This document shows, in pieces, positions 55,494 to 64,000 of a DNA stretch of 64,000 nt; the first letter of the stretch is position 1, and each line of letters begins with the position of its first letter. Below the pieces are notes generated by a model, which worked only from the letters and a program-made list of their open reading frames with translations, searched no databases and was not told where the DNA came from. This DNA is from an uncultured Verrucomicrobiae bacterium (GTDB lineage: Bacteria; Verrucomicrobiota; Verrucomicrobiia; Opitutales; JABDGR01). Where the stretch lies: NCBI GenBank assembly GCA_963765205.1, contig CAVXVB010000005.1:256001-320000 (forward strand), in the 5' to 3' direction. Position numbers and translations under genes: made by a program.

Positions 55494-56786
55494 TTAACGG
55501 CGGCCACGCTGCCCACCATCTTGTGGTGTTGGGGCAGACTGAGATTCTGATGGCATGGCGCGGGGGGCAAACTGGGGCGGCGGGCTGGCGGCGGCGCGGC
55601 TGGCCTGTCCACGATTGCTGTAATCCTGGGCAGTGGTGCCACGGGTGTAGGTGCCAAAGGCCGGCCCAGGTGCCGGAGCGACCTGCACCCGGGGCGTCGA
55701 TCGGGCTGGCGGTGGCGTGGAGCCAATGATCTGCGGGCCAGTGAGTTGGGCCGACGCGGACGTTTGCGGACGGATTTCATTCAAATCCGGGGCGCGATTT
55801 TGTGGCGACGGAGCCAGTGAAGGTGAGCTAATGATTTTGGGCCCGGTCTGCACAGCCGAGCGCGGCGGCGTCACCAGTTGCCCAGTGCCATCCGTGCGCC
55901 AGCCGGTCGGGTCGGGCCGGGAGGGTATACTGCTTGCCGCCGGACGAAAACCCGCCGCCGACCGTTGCGCCACGGCTGGCGCTTTCGCCATGGGCCGGGC
56001 CTGCGGTGGCACCGCAACCGGGCGATTCAACGTACGCAACAACTCGCCCTGATGGACATTGTTCGCCCGCCAAAATCCACCCCTATCCCCCGTCTGGTGG
56101 TTACGCCAATCCCGCGTATAGGCCCACCCCGGATGCCAGACCCCGATCCATATTCCGAAATCGTCCCAATCGCATTCGTAACTCAACCAGGGGCCGACGG
56201 GGTAGGGCGGGCCGAAATAGATCACCGGCCCCGTGTAGGCAACTCCATCATCGGCAAACACAACGTTGGGGTCGTATTCCGGGACGCAAATGGCATCGCT
56301 GGCCACCGGTTGGATAAGGATGTTGCTGCCATCGAGGAGATAGACTTGCTGGGGCGTATCCACGAGCGCGCCGTTGGCCCGGGCCTGGGCGCGCATTTGC
56401 TGGACCGACTCCATGACTTGCGTGGGCTGCTGGAGATACGCGCGGCCGAGGGCGGAAGTCCAGTCGAGATTGTCGCTCATCCACTGGATCACCTCGGGAT
56501 AATTTATCAACGCCTTCACGCTATCGTCCCACGGTTGGCTGGCAACTTGGGCCGGGTCACCATTCGCGGCCAGGTAGCGGGTGGCCAGGACGATGTCCGA
56601 TGGCGCCGTCGCCGCGGGTAAAATAATGGCCACCAGTGCATCGGGATACAGAGCAATCGGGCCAACTAGTTGGTCAAGCTGTTCCGGGCTGTAAGTGGTG
56701 ACGTAATCTGGCGCGGCCACCGGCGTTTGCGCGTGCAGCGTTGCCGCGAGCGCAAAAGCCAGCAAAACATGGAGAAGCTTTTTCAA
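55494..56786 (-). CDS. DUF3300-family secreted protein
   Basis: EQLDQLVGPIALYPDAL, WDDSVKAL; usual partner of DUF2950. Confidence 0.85.
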   Translation of the reverse strand: MKKLLHVLLAFALAATLHAQTPVAAPDYVTTYSPEQLDQLVGPIALYPDALVAIILPAATAPSDIVLATRYLAANGDPAQVASQPWDDSVKALINYPEVIQWMSDNLDWTSALGRAYLQQPTQVMESVQQMRAQARANGALVDTPQQVYLLDGSNILIQPVASDAICVPEYDPNVVFADDGVAYTGPVIYFGPPYPVGPWLSYECDWDDFGIWIGVWHPGWAYTRDWRNHQTGDRGGFWRANNVHQGELLRTLNRPVAVPPQARPMAKAPAVAQRSAAGFRPAASSIPSRPDPTGWRTDGTGQLVTPPRSAVQTGPKIISSPSLAPSPQNRAPDLNEIRPQTSASAQLTGPQIIGSTPPPARSTPRVQVAPAPGPAFGTYTRGTTAQDYSNRGQASRAAASPPPQFAPRAMPSESQSAPTPQDGGQRGRR

Positions 56787-56973
56787 AAGTAAAACGGCTA
56801 TATCTTAAGACCCCGTGTAGGTTGGGTTGGTTCCTTCCAAAACGCAAGCGCATCGGTCACGGGCCTGCTTGGATGCGACAGACTATAAGAAGAACCCGGT
56901 TTGCCGGCAATGGGGTGAACACCCCCTTCGACTATCCAACCGATGTACAACATGCTTTTCAGGCCGTTATTAA

Positions 56974-58059
56974 TCAAGCTGATTCGGTCTTGATTCGGCG
57001 GCGGGGGATGGGCGCGCCGCCGCCTAGTTGCGCAATTGTCTCTTCCAAGACCGCCACCCTTTTGAACAAATCCGGCAGGCGCGATTTGAGCACATGAACC
57101 TTCTGCGCGATCATATAGGGCATCGCCGGGCTGTCCCGCACATAGCTTTTGGGATCGAGATCGTGGGTGACTCCGCTTTGCGCGCCAATCATCGTCTGCG
57201 CGCCGATATGGAGGTGGCCAGTCAGCCCGGCCTGGCCGCCAACCACAATGTAATCCTCCAGCGTTGTGCTGCCCGAAATGCCCACTTGGGCGGCGATGAG
57301 ACAATGTTTGCCGATGACGACGTTGTGCGCGATTTGCACCAGATTATCCACCTTGGTGCCTTCGCCGATGCGCGTCTCGTTGAACCGCGCGCGATCCACC
57401 GTGGTGCTCGCGCCGATCTCCACGTCGTCTTCAATAATCACGCGGCCGATTTGGGGGATTTTTTCGTGGACGCCTTTGTTGGTGTCATAGCCAAAGCCAT
57501 CCGAACCAATGACCACGCCGGAGTGCAGGCGCACTCGCCGGCCCAGCGCGCAATATTCCATCACTGAAACTTGGGGCATCAGCCAGCAATCCGGCCCGAT
57601 GCGGGCGTCGCGCCCAACATAAACCTGTGCCTGGAGAACCGTGCCCGGGCCGATGGCCGCCCCTGGCTCGACCACGCAGAGCGGCCCGACATGTGCGGAA
57701 GCATCCACTTGCGCGCCCGCCTGCACCACCGCCGTCGGATGTATACCGGGCGGCAGCTTAGGCCAAAGCAGGCGCTCGATTTCGCGGCAGATCCGCGCCA
57801 AGGCCAACGAGGGCTTGGGCAGGCGGATAAAGGCCTGTCCCGCCGCTGGCTGGCCTTGGAAGTCCTCGGGCAGCAAGATGACGCTGGCACCGCACACGGC
57901 CACATCCGCCTTGTATTTCAAGTTGCCGAGAAACGCGAGATCGCCCACCTTGGCCTGTTTGAGCGCCGCGATGCCGGACACCGGCTGCGCGGCGGAGCCT
58001 TCCACGCGGCCTTCGCCGACCAGGCGCACAATGTCCTCCACTGTATAAGCAAGGGGCAC
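56974..58059 (-). CDS. lpxD: UDP-3-O-acyl-glucosamine N-acyltransferase
   Basis: [26 protein letters not shown]. Confidence 0.96.
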   Translation of the reverse strand: MPLAYTVEDIVRLVGEGRVEGSAAQPVSGIAALKQAKVGDLAFLGNLKYKADVAVCGASVILLPEDFQGQPAAGQAFIRLPKPSLALARICREIERLLWPKLPPGIHPTAVVQAGAQVDASAHVGPLCVVEPGAAIGPGTVLQAQVYVGRDARIGPDCWLMPQVSVMEYCALGRRVRLHSGVVIGSDGFGYDTNKGVHEKIPQIGRVIIEDDVEIGASTTVDRARFNETRIGEGTKVDNLVQIAHNVVIGKHCLIAAQVGISGSTTLEDYIVVGGQAGLTGHLHIGAQTMIGAQSGVTHDLDPKSYVRDSPAMPYMIAQKVHVLKSRLPDLFKRVAVLEETIAQLGGGAPIPRRRIKTESA

Positions 58060-58097
58060 GGAGAGTAAACTAAGGCTGGCCGCGAGGCGCGCAAATG

Positions 58098-58138
58098 AAA
58101 ACGGCGCCGGCGCATTAAATGACGCGCGGCGCCGGTTT
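58098..58138 (-). terminator. Hairpin/terminator after skp
   Basis: CGGCGCCG...CGGCGCCG stem with a T tract on the minus strand. Confidence 0.45.
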
Positions 58139-58166
58139 CCGTATTCCGGACGGGCCGGAAGGCTGA

Positions 58167-58850
58167 TTACTTTGTGGCTGAACTGGCGGCCGGTTTGGTT
58201 GCCGTGGTGTCGGTACCCGTCGTGGGCATCAGGCTTGGCAGGCTGGCGCCAGCCGGGGCGGTGGTGCTGGCCGGGTTGGCTGCGGCCGCCGCGGTGGCGT
58301 CGGCATTCAGCTCGTCCAGCACATCCTTGGTGACGTCAATCGTGGTCTTGCCATCGCTATAGAGCACGGGGGCCAGCATGCCCAGCGCGGAGGAATTCAA
58401 GACCAGGCTCGCCTTCTTTTTTTCGGCGATGCCCTTGACGGCGGTCTTGATTTTTTCCAACTGCTCTTGCACCAGTGTTTGTTGGTTGGTTTGAATCACG
58501 TTTTGGCTGTTTTGATAAAAGGACTGGATATCCGTCTTTTCCTTCGTTATTTGGTCGTTCACGGAGGCCGCCTGTTTGCGGTAGGCGTCACGGGAATCCT
58601 GCAGGTTGGCCGGGTTGTCGGCCTGTTGTTGCAGTTGGTCGGCCTCGGTCTGTAATTTTTGCAGGTCCGCGCCTTGGTTGTTCAAATAAGTCCGGTAGGT
58701 TTCGGTGGTGGCGTTTATTTGCTGGAGCTTGGCTTTGACCTCGATCAAATTATTAAAGACTCCGCTGATGTCAACGACCAGGACGGTTTGGGCGTGCATC
58801 GGTAGAGCCGACGCCACGGCAATGAGAATGGGGATGATGATTTTCTTCAT
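58167..58850 (-). CDS. skp: OmpH/Skp periplasmic chaperone
   Basis: Signal peptide, VVDI, coiled coil, [12 protein letters not shown]; adjacent to lpxD. Confidence 0.85.
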   Translation of the reverse strand: MKKIIIPILIAVASALPMHAQTVLVVDISGVFNNLIEVKAKLQQINATTETYRTYLNNQGADLQKLQTEADQLQQQADNPANLQDSRDAYRKQAASVNDQITKEKTDIQSFYQNSQNVIQTNQQTLVQEQLEKIKTAVKGIAEKKKASLVLNSSALGMLAPVLYSDGKTTIDVTKDVLDELNADATAAAAANPASTTAPAGASLPSLMPTTGTDTTATKPAASSATK

Positions 58851-59078
58851 GGTAAGCAATTGATTAAATAAGAAAGTTGGGGCTTAGGCGAGCAAAAATG
58901 AAGAGGAAAAGCGCCTCTTCAATAGGGGCGGCTGAGCCTCCGCCCCGGGAAAGTATCGGTCGCGGGGAGAGCCGCCTCCCCCATACCGACGCGGCCCACC
59001 TTCGCACAATATCCGGCGCTTTCCCATCCCGGAATTGTCAGACTTTCGTCAAGAACGCGGCTGTTCCCGCCGCACCCG

Positions 59079-59891
59079 TTAATCTGCCATCATGGGGCGA
59101 ATAATCTTTTTGTCTTTCAAGACCCGTGGGGCCGTCAGCGCGCGTTGCAGGAAGGCGTGGCCTTGTTCGACCGACTCGACCAGGCCCAGGCCCCGTGCCA
59201 GATAGGCCGTGATGGCCGCTGAAAGTATGCAGCCGCCCCCATGCGTCTCCACGCCGTGAACGCGGGGTGCTTGCAGCCTCGCCCGCACGCCTTCCGGCCC
59301 GGCCAGCACATCCACCACCGGATTGAGCGGAAAATGGCCGCCCTTCAGCAGGACCGGGACGCCAAATTGCCGGGCCAAGGCCAGGGCGGTGTGCTCCATC
59401 GCGATGGGCGTCGTTTCGGGCCGCTGGCCCAGCAATGCCGCCGCCTCGTCAAAATTTGGCGTGATCAACGTCGCCTTCGGCAGCAGGCGCTCGCTCAGCA
59501 TCTGCACCGCCGAAGGCTCGATCAGCATCGCGCCGGAACTGGAAATCATCACCGGGTCCACCACCACCGGCAACCCCAGGCCCGGCTGGATGAAATCGGC
59601 CACCACCTCGATGATCTCGGTCTTGAGCAACATGCCAACCTTGACCGCCCCGACCGGGTAATAAGCCATCACTTGCTGGATTTGCGCCCGCACGAATTCC
59701 GCGGGCACCGCATGCACATCCGCCACGCCGACGTGGTTCTGCGCGGTCAGCGCCGTGATCGCCGTCGTGCCATACACCCCGCACGCGGCAAAGGTCAGCA
59801 GATCAGCCTGGATGCCCGCCGCGCCGCCGGAGTCGGATCCGGCGATGCTCAACGCGGCAACCAGGTTCGCGGAGGTGGGGGCGGGGACCAT
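59079..59891 (-). CDS. thiD: Hydroxymethylpyrimidine/phosphomethylpyrimidine kinase
   Basis: [36 protein letters not shown]. Confidence 0.94.
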   Translation of the reverse strand: MVPAPTSANLVAALSIAGSDSGGAAGIQADLLTFAACGVYGTTAITALTAQNHVGVADVHAVPAEFVRAQIQQVMAYYPVGAVKVGMLLKTEIIEVVADFIQPGLGLPVVVDPVMISSSGAMLIEPSAVQMLSERLLPKATLITPNFDEAAALLGQRPETTPIAMEHTALALARQFGVPVLLKGGHFPLNPVVDVLAGPEGVRARLQAPRVHGVETHGGGCILSAAITAYLARGLGLVESVEQGHAFLQRALTAPRVLKDKKIIRPMMAD

Positions 59892-59904
59892 GCGCCAGAC
59901 TATG

Positions 59905-60135
59905 AACATTTAACATCCAACCTTCAACATCCAACATCGAACGCCCAACGCTCAACATCCAATGGCCAATCTCGAATTCACTGTCCGCAACCTCCAATAA
60001 CTCACATCAAGTATAATGGGGACACGGTCAAACAGGACGCTAATTTGGCATCTGAATTCGATGTTGAATGTTGAGAGTTGGGAGTTGGATGTTGAAGGTT
60101 CGATGTTGGATGTTCAATGTTCGATGTTGGATGTT
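59905..60135. repeat. Large inverted heptamer arrays (8 AACATCC-type and 11 GGATGTT-type units)
   Basis: 59905-59960 and 60059-60135, enclosing about 98 bp that includes TATAAT. Confidence 0.9.
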
Positions 60136-60144
60136 GATTTGACC

Positions 60145-61530
60145 ATGCCCGAGCCGCTCCAATCCTCCTTCTTCGAAGAGTCCGCCCGCACGCAGCCGGG
60201 CGGCGAGGCGGCGCCGACTGACGCCGCGCCCGGCGCGCCCGGCTTCCATCGCCCCCTTGCCTTGCGGATGCGCCCCCACATGCTGGCCGAGGTCATCGGC
60301 CACGAGCACCTGCTCGGGCCGGACAGCCTGTTGCCGCGCCTCGTGCGCACGGATACTTTTGGCAGCCTCCTCTTCTACGGCCCGCCCGGTTGCGGCAAGA
60401 CGACGCTCGCCGAAGTTATCGCGCGCGAAACGCGCAGCCGCTTCGTGCGCATCAATGCCGTGCTTTCGAACACCACCGAATTGCGCGACGAGCTGCGCCT
60501 GGCTCGCGCCCGCCCCACCGAGCGCACCATCCTCTTCATTGACGAAATCCACCGCTTCAACAAAGCGCAGCAAGACCTGCTCCTGCCCGATGTCGAAGCC
60601 GGGAATATCCGCCTCATCGGCGCGACGACCCACAACCCTGGCTTCTACGTCATCGCCCCACTCCTCAGCCGCAGCCACCTCTTTCGCCTCGAACCCCTGC
60701 CTCCCGACGCCGTGGCGAAAGTTTTGCGCCGCGCCCTCGACGATTCTGTCCGCGGCCTCGGCAACCTCCGGGTGCGTGCCGATGCCGCTGTGCTCGATGG
60801 CTTGGCCAAATTATGCGACGGCGACCTGCGCCGCGCGCTTAACGCCCTCGAAACCCTTGCCCTCAGCCAGCCGCTCGGCGGCGAAATCACCGCCGAGGCC
60901 CTCGCCGTCTTCGCGCGCGAGCGGCGCATCCGCTACGACGCCAATGAAGACGAGCATTACGACACTGCCTCCGCCTACATCAAAAGTATGCGCGGCGGCG
61001 ACCCCGACGCCGCGATTTACTGGATGACCAAGATGCTTGAAGGCGGCGAAGACCCGCGCTTCATCGCCCGGCGCCTTGTCATTCTGGCCTCGGAGGACGT
61101 GGGCCTGGCCGATTCGCGCGGGCTGCCGCTGGCGGTCGCGGCCTTCCAGGCCTGCGAGCAAGTCGGCCTGCCCGAATGCGCGCTCAACCTCGCGCACGCG
61201 ACCCTGTTCCTCGCGACGGCCCCCAAAAGCAATTCCGCCACCCGCGCACTCGGCGCGGCCCGCGCGGCGCTCAAGAACGAACCCGTGCAGCCCGTGCCCC
61301 TGTGGCTGCGCGACAGCCACACTGAGACGAACAAAAAACTCGGCCAAGGCGAAGGCTACTTATACAGCCACGAATTCCCCGAGGCGATTTCCGGCCAGGA
61401 CTATCTGGAAAAGTATCTGCAACTCTACGACCCCGGCCCCCAGCCCGCCGGCGCGGAAACCGCCATCGTGGAAAGGCTGGAACGATGGCGGAAACTGAAA
61501 GAGGCAAAGAAGGTAGAAGGTAGAAGGTAG
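60145..61530 (+). CDS. rarA: Replication-associated recombination protein A (MgsA)
   Basis: PLALRMRP, GPPGCGKTT, DEIHRFNKAQQD, IKSMRGGDPDAA, APKSN. Confidence 0.95.
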   Translation: MPEPLQSSFFEESARTQPGGEAAPTDAAPGAPGFHRPLALRMRPHMLAEVIGHEHLLGPDSLLPRLVRTDTFGSLLFYGPPGCGKTTLAEVIARETRSRFVRINAVLSNTTELRDELRLARARPTERTILFIDEIHRFNKAQQDLLLPDVEAGNIRLIGATTHNPGFYVIAPLLSRSHLFRLEPLPPDAVAKVLRRALDDSVRGLGNLRVRADAAVLDGLAKLCDGDLRRALNALETLALSQPLGGEITAEALAVFARERRIRYDANEDEHYDTASAYIKSMRGGDPDAAIYWMTKMLEGGEDPRFIARRLVILASEDVGLADSRGLPLAVAAFQACEQVGLPECALNLAHATLFLATAPKSNSATRALGAARAALKNEPVQPVPLWLRDSHTETNKKLGQGEGYLYSHEFPEAISGQDYLEKYLQLYDPGPQPAGAETAIVERLERWRKLKEAKKVEGRR

Positions 61531-61611
61531 AAGATGGAAGATGAAAGGCAGATCCATTCTGTTTTCTTTCCGGTTTGCGTCTTCGCCTGCCACCTCCTAC
61601 CTTTTTCATCC
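61510..61611. repeat. Inverted heptamer arrays (AAGGTAG / CCTACCT) overlapping the rarA stop
   Basis: AAGGTAG x3, AAGATGG, AAGATGA, AAGGCAG ... GCCACCT CCTACCT. Confidence 0.75.
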
Positions 61612-61632
61612 ATGCAACCTTTCAGTGGCTTC

Positions 61633-62112
61633 ATGACTAGCAGCGAACGTGCCGTGCCGTGGTGGCGGCCCGTGCTGCGCTGGCTGGTCATCGCGTTAAG
61701 CGTGGTCCTCGCCGCGCACACCTCGCGCGGCATCTCCTACAACGGCCCGGGCAGCCTCGGGCCGCACGGGCTGGGCACGTTGGCGCTGATTGTGTTCACG
61801 CTGAGCGTGTTTAACATCATCCTCCGGCCGGTTTTGTTCTTTTTCACCCTGCCATTCGTTTTAGTGACCCTTGGTCTGGGTATGTTGGTGATCAATGCCC
61901 TGCTATTTCTGCTGGCGGGGCAAGTGGTGCCAGGTTTTCATGTGGCGGGCTTTTGGTCGGCTTTTTGGGGGGCGCTGGTCGTCAGCGTGATGTCGTTCAT
62001 CGCCAACCGCTGGCTCGGGCGGCGGCGCTTTGTCGCCACAACGCGCGGGTTGGGCGGGCGGCCGCCCCATTCCCCCTCTGCGCGCCGCGACAACGATGTG
62101 ATTGACGTTTAA
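61633..62112 (+). CDS. YvlD/DUF360 'phage holin family' membrane protein
   Basis: NIILRPVLFFFTLP..LVTLGL..VINA, GFWSAFWGALVVS. Confidence 0.85.
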   Translation: MTSSERAVPWWRPVLRWLVIALSVVLAAHTSRGISYNGPGSLGPHGLGTLALIVFTLSVFNIILRPVLFFFTLPFVLVTLGLGMLVINALLFLLAGQVVPGFHVAGFWSAFWGALVVSVMSFIANRWLGRRRFVATTRGLGGRPPHSPSARRDNDVIDV

Positions 62113-62141
62113 GACCGTTGGGCGTATCTTCTTTTCCACTT

Positions 62142-62537
62142 ATGGCAAACGAAGAAGTCGAGTTTACGCACGGAGCGACCATCCTGCGCCAGGGTGATGC
62201 CGGCGGCTATTTCTACATCCTCCTCGGCGGCGCCGTCGAGGTGTATAAGGACAACATTCTGCTCGCGACCATGATGTTCCCCGGCACCATCTTTGGCGAG
62301 ATGTCCGACCTGCTCGGCAAACCCCGCACCTGCACCATCAAGGCCAAGGGCACCGCGCGCCTGACCAAAATCATGGCACTGCCCGTCGAACGGCTCGTCG
62401 TCGAGCAGCCGGACATCGTCGTCAAAATCCTCAAGACCCTCGCCACCCGCCTCGAACGCACCACGCAAAAGCTCTCGGACAACTCGAAGGATTCGCCCAT
62501 GTGGTCGGTGGATGGCGGGAAAAAACCCCTCGCGTGA
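62142..62537 (+). CDS. Stand-alone cyclic nucleotide-binding domain protein
   Basis: ILRQGDAG, GAVEV, IFGEMS, PRTCT. Confidence 0.85.
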   Translation: MANEEVEFTHGATILRQGDAGGYFYILLGGAVEVYKDNILLATMMFPGTIFGEMSDLLGKPRTCTIKAKGTARLTKIMALPVERLVVEQPDIVVKILKTLATRLERTTQKLSDNSKDSPMWSVDGGKKPLA

Positions 62538-62660
62538 GCCGCGCCCGGCGGTTTAGGCTGCGGTGGCCATCCTACCAACCCCCGCCCGCGGCGCCCATCC
62601 GCGCCGCGGTATTTTGCTTCGCGCCGTCGGTTGATCCGAACTCTTCCATTACAAATTACC

Positions 62661-63143
62661 ATGAAATCCCACATCTTTTTCACTGCCTGCGCCGTCCTGC
62701 TGGCGACCGCCGCCCCCTCGACGGCCCGCGCCGCCGACACTTGGGACTACGACAAGCTCAACACCCAGGCCGATATCGTCGTCGTCGCCACCCCCTTGTC
62801 GGTGAAAGATTTCGGGGGAGAGTACTTTTCTGCCCGGCATTCAGGAAATGGGCGCCGATGGCAAGGCCAAGGCCGTGGCGGCGCTCGGCATGCAGGCCAG
62901 CTTCGAGATCGAATTGCTGCTCAAGGGCAACTGGCCGATGAACCGCCTCGAATTCTATTACCTGCGCGAAGCCCGCCCGCCCGCCCAGCCAGTGCCCGGC
63001 GGCCCGCAGCTCGTCAGCTTTGACCCGAAGAAAAAGCTCCGCTACCTCATGTTCCTGAAGCTCGCCAAGGACGGCCGCTTCGAGTCCGTCACCGGCCAAA
63101 CCGACCCGGGCCTCGCCATCAAAGAAGTCGCGCCAATCCCTGA
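62661..63143 (+). CDS. Secreted hypothetical protein, frameshifted near 62840; end uncertain
   Basis: Signal peptide (ARA-AD); coding-like sequence continues in the frame of ORF 62848. Confidence 0.5.
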
Positions 63144-63167
63144 GCCGCCGCGCGGTTGGAAAAGAAG

Positions 63168-63239
63168 TGGGCCGGCGGGGACTCGAACCCCGAACCAACG
63201 GCTTAAAAGGCCGCTGCTCTACCATTGAGCTACCAGCCC
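63168..63239 (-). tRNA. tRNA-Lys(UUU), CCA not encoded
   Basis: GGGCTGGTAGCTCAATGGTAGAGCAGCGGCCTTTTAAGCCGTTGGTTCGGGGTTCGAGTCCCCGCCGGCCCA; full cloverleaf, anticodon TTT. Confidence 0.95.
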
Positions 63240-63330
63240 GAAAGTATTTATAAAGAGTGACTTAAGGGATTAAAACCAACGTCAAATTTAGCACTAGTCT
63301 CCCGATATTGTAACCCGGTAGCATTGGGGC

Positions 63331-63615
63331 ATGAAACAAACCGTGCCACCCCCATATCAATCGGGTTATACGCGTGTTGCTGAGTGCCTGTATCGAAATG
63401 ATGCATCGGGCAACGACTATGCGTTGTTAAAGAAAAACGGCAAGCAAATACGCCGTTCGCTCAAGACTGCCGGGCGCAAACTGGCAGAGCGCCGTCTGGT
63501 TGATTTTAAGGAGAGGGTTACCCAAGTGCATAGTTCCGTTAACATTGGGGAGGATGTTGTCATAAAGTTTTGGAGGCTAATGGCTATTGCCCGCCGCAGA
63601 TACTATTGGTGGTGA
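63331..63615 (+). pseudogene. Truncated tyrosine integrase, N-terminal arm only
   Basis: RVAECLYR..SGNDYALLKKNGKQIRRSLKT..RKLAERRL; no catalytic domain; beside a tRNA. Confidence 0.6.
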
Positions 63616-64000
63616 TGCGGTATCTGTGCGGTTCCACCAACCGCCGCCAACGGCTTGGAACAACACTGCCGTGTCGGCCAGGCGATTGGCCTGGGCTTGA
63701 ATGAGGCCAATCCGCGCCTGCTGGTAGGTCTGCTCGGCGTTGAGGGTCGAGAGATAAGAGACATCGCCCAATTCCACTTGCCGGCGGACGATGGCGAGAC
63801 TTTCCGCAGCGGATTGTTCCGCCGCCAGAGAGGCTTTGACGGCATCCGCGTCGGATTGCAGGCCGGTCAAGGCATCGGCGACATTTTGGAAGGCGGCGAT
63901 AACGGTGCTGCGGTATTGCGCGGCGGAAGCGTCATAGGCGGCTTCGGCTCCACGTTGTTTGGATAAAAGCGTGCCGCCCTCGAATATTGGTTGCGTGATC
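63577..64000 (-). CDS. NodT/TolC-family efflux outer-membrane subunit, 3' part
   Basis: QPIFEGGTL, AFQNVADAL, LFQAVGGGWWN; runs off the window. Confidence 0.9.
   Translation of the reverse strand, partial: ITQPIFEGGTLLSKQRGAEAAYDASAAQYRSTVIAAFQNVADALTGLQSDADAVKASLAAEQSAAESLAIVRRQVELGDVSYLSTLNAEQTYQQARIGLIQAQANRLADTAVLFQAVGGGWWNRTDTASPPIVSAAGNSH

Noticed and set aside
59905..60135. CRISPR array
   Set aside because: Contiguous 7-bp units with no unique spacers and no cas genes
61633..62112. Prophage suggested by the holin-family gene
   Set aside because: The YvlD-type family is commonly chromosomal and no phage genes are nearby
62848..63228. Protein C-terminus encoded antisense to tRNA-Lys
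   Set aside because: The gene already has a frameshift; an off-frame TGA at 63141 is the likelier true stop

Overview
GC-rich bacterial chromosome segment, most likely Verrucomicrobiota (Opitutales-like), inferred from a Minf_1886-type protein, RNase HIII beside RNase HII, PPi-PFK and the gene repertoire. The backbone is housekeeping: hemL, folD, proC, hldD, radC, a GAF-PilB/GspE ATPase, lpxA, pfp, mutY, rnhC/rnhB, gltA, hisDCB/hisH, gap-pgk-tpiA, prs, lpxD-skp, thiD, rarA and tRNA-Lys(UUU). Accessory inserts include three toxin-antitoxin modules plus an orphan antitoxin, an AT-rich islet (about 39.6-41.75 kb), a beta-lactamase-family gene inside the his cluster, and an integrase remnant beside the tRNA. 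The most unusual signal is non-coding: about a dozen intergenic elements built from degenerate 7-bp or 8-9-bp tandem units, many in inverted pairs, with unrelated unit sequences but one architecture. One is nested in another and one appears to be translated as the HisC N-terminus. Diverged duplicates of gene ends (hemL 5' end, a protease 3' end) look like recombination scars. About eight frameshifts may be sequencing errors. No CRISPR array, rRNA or intact transposase was seen.
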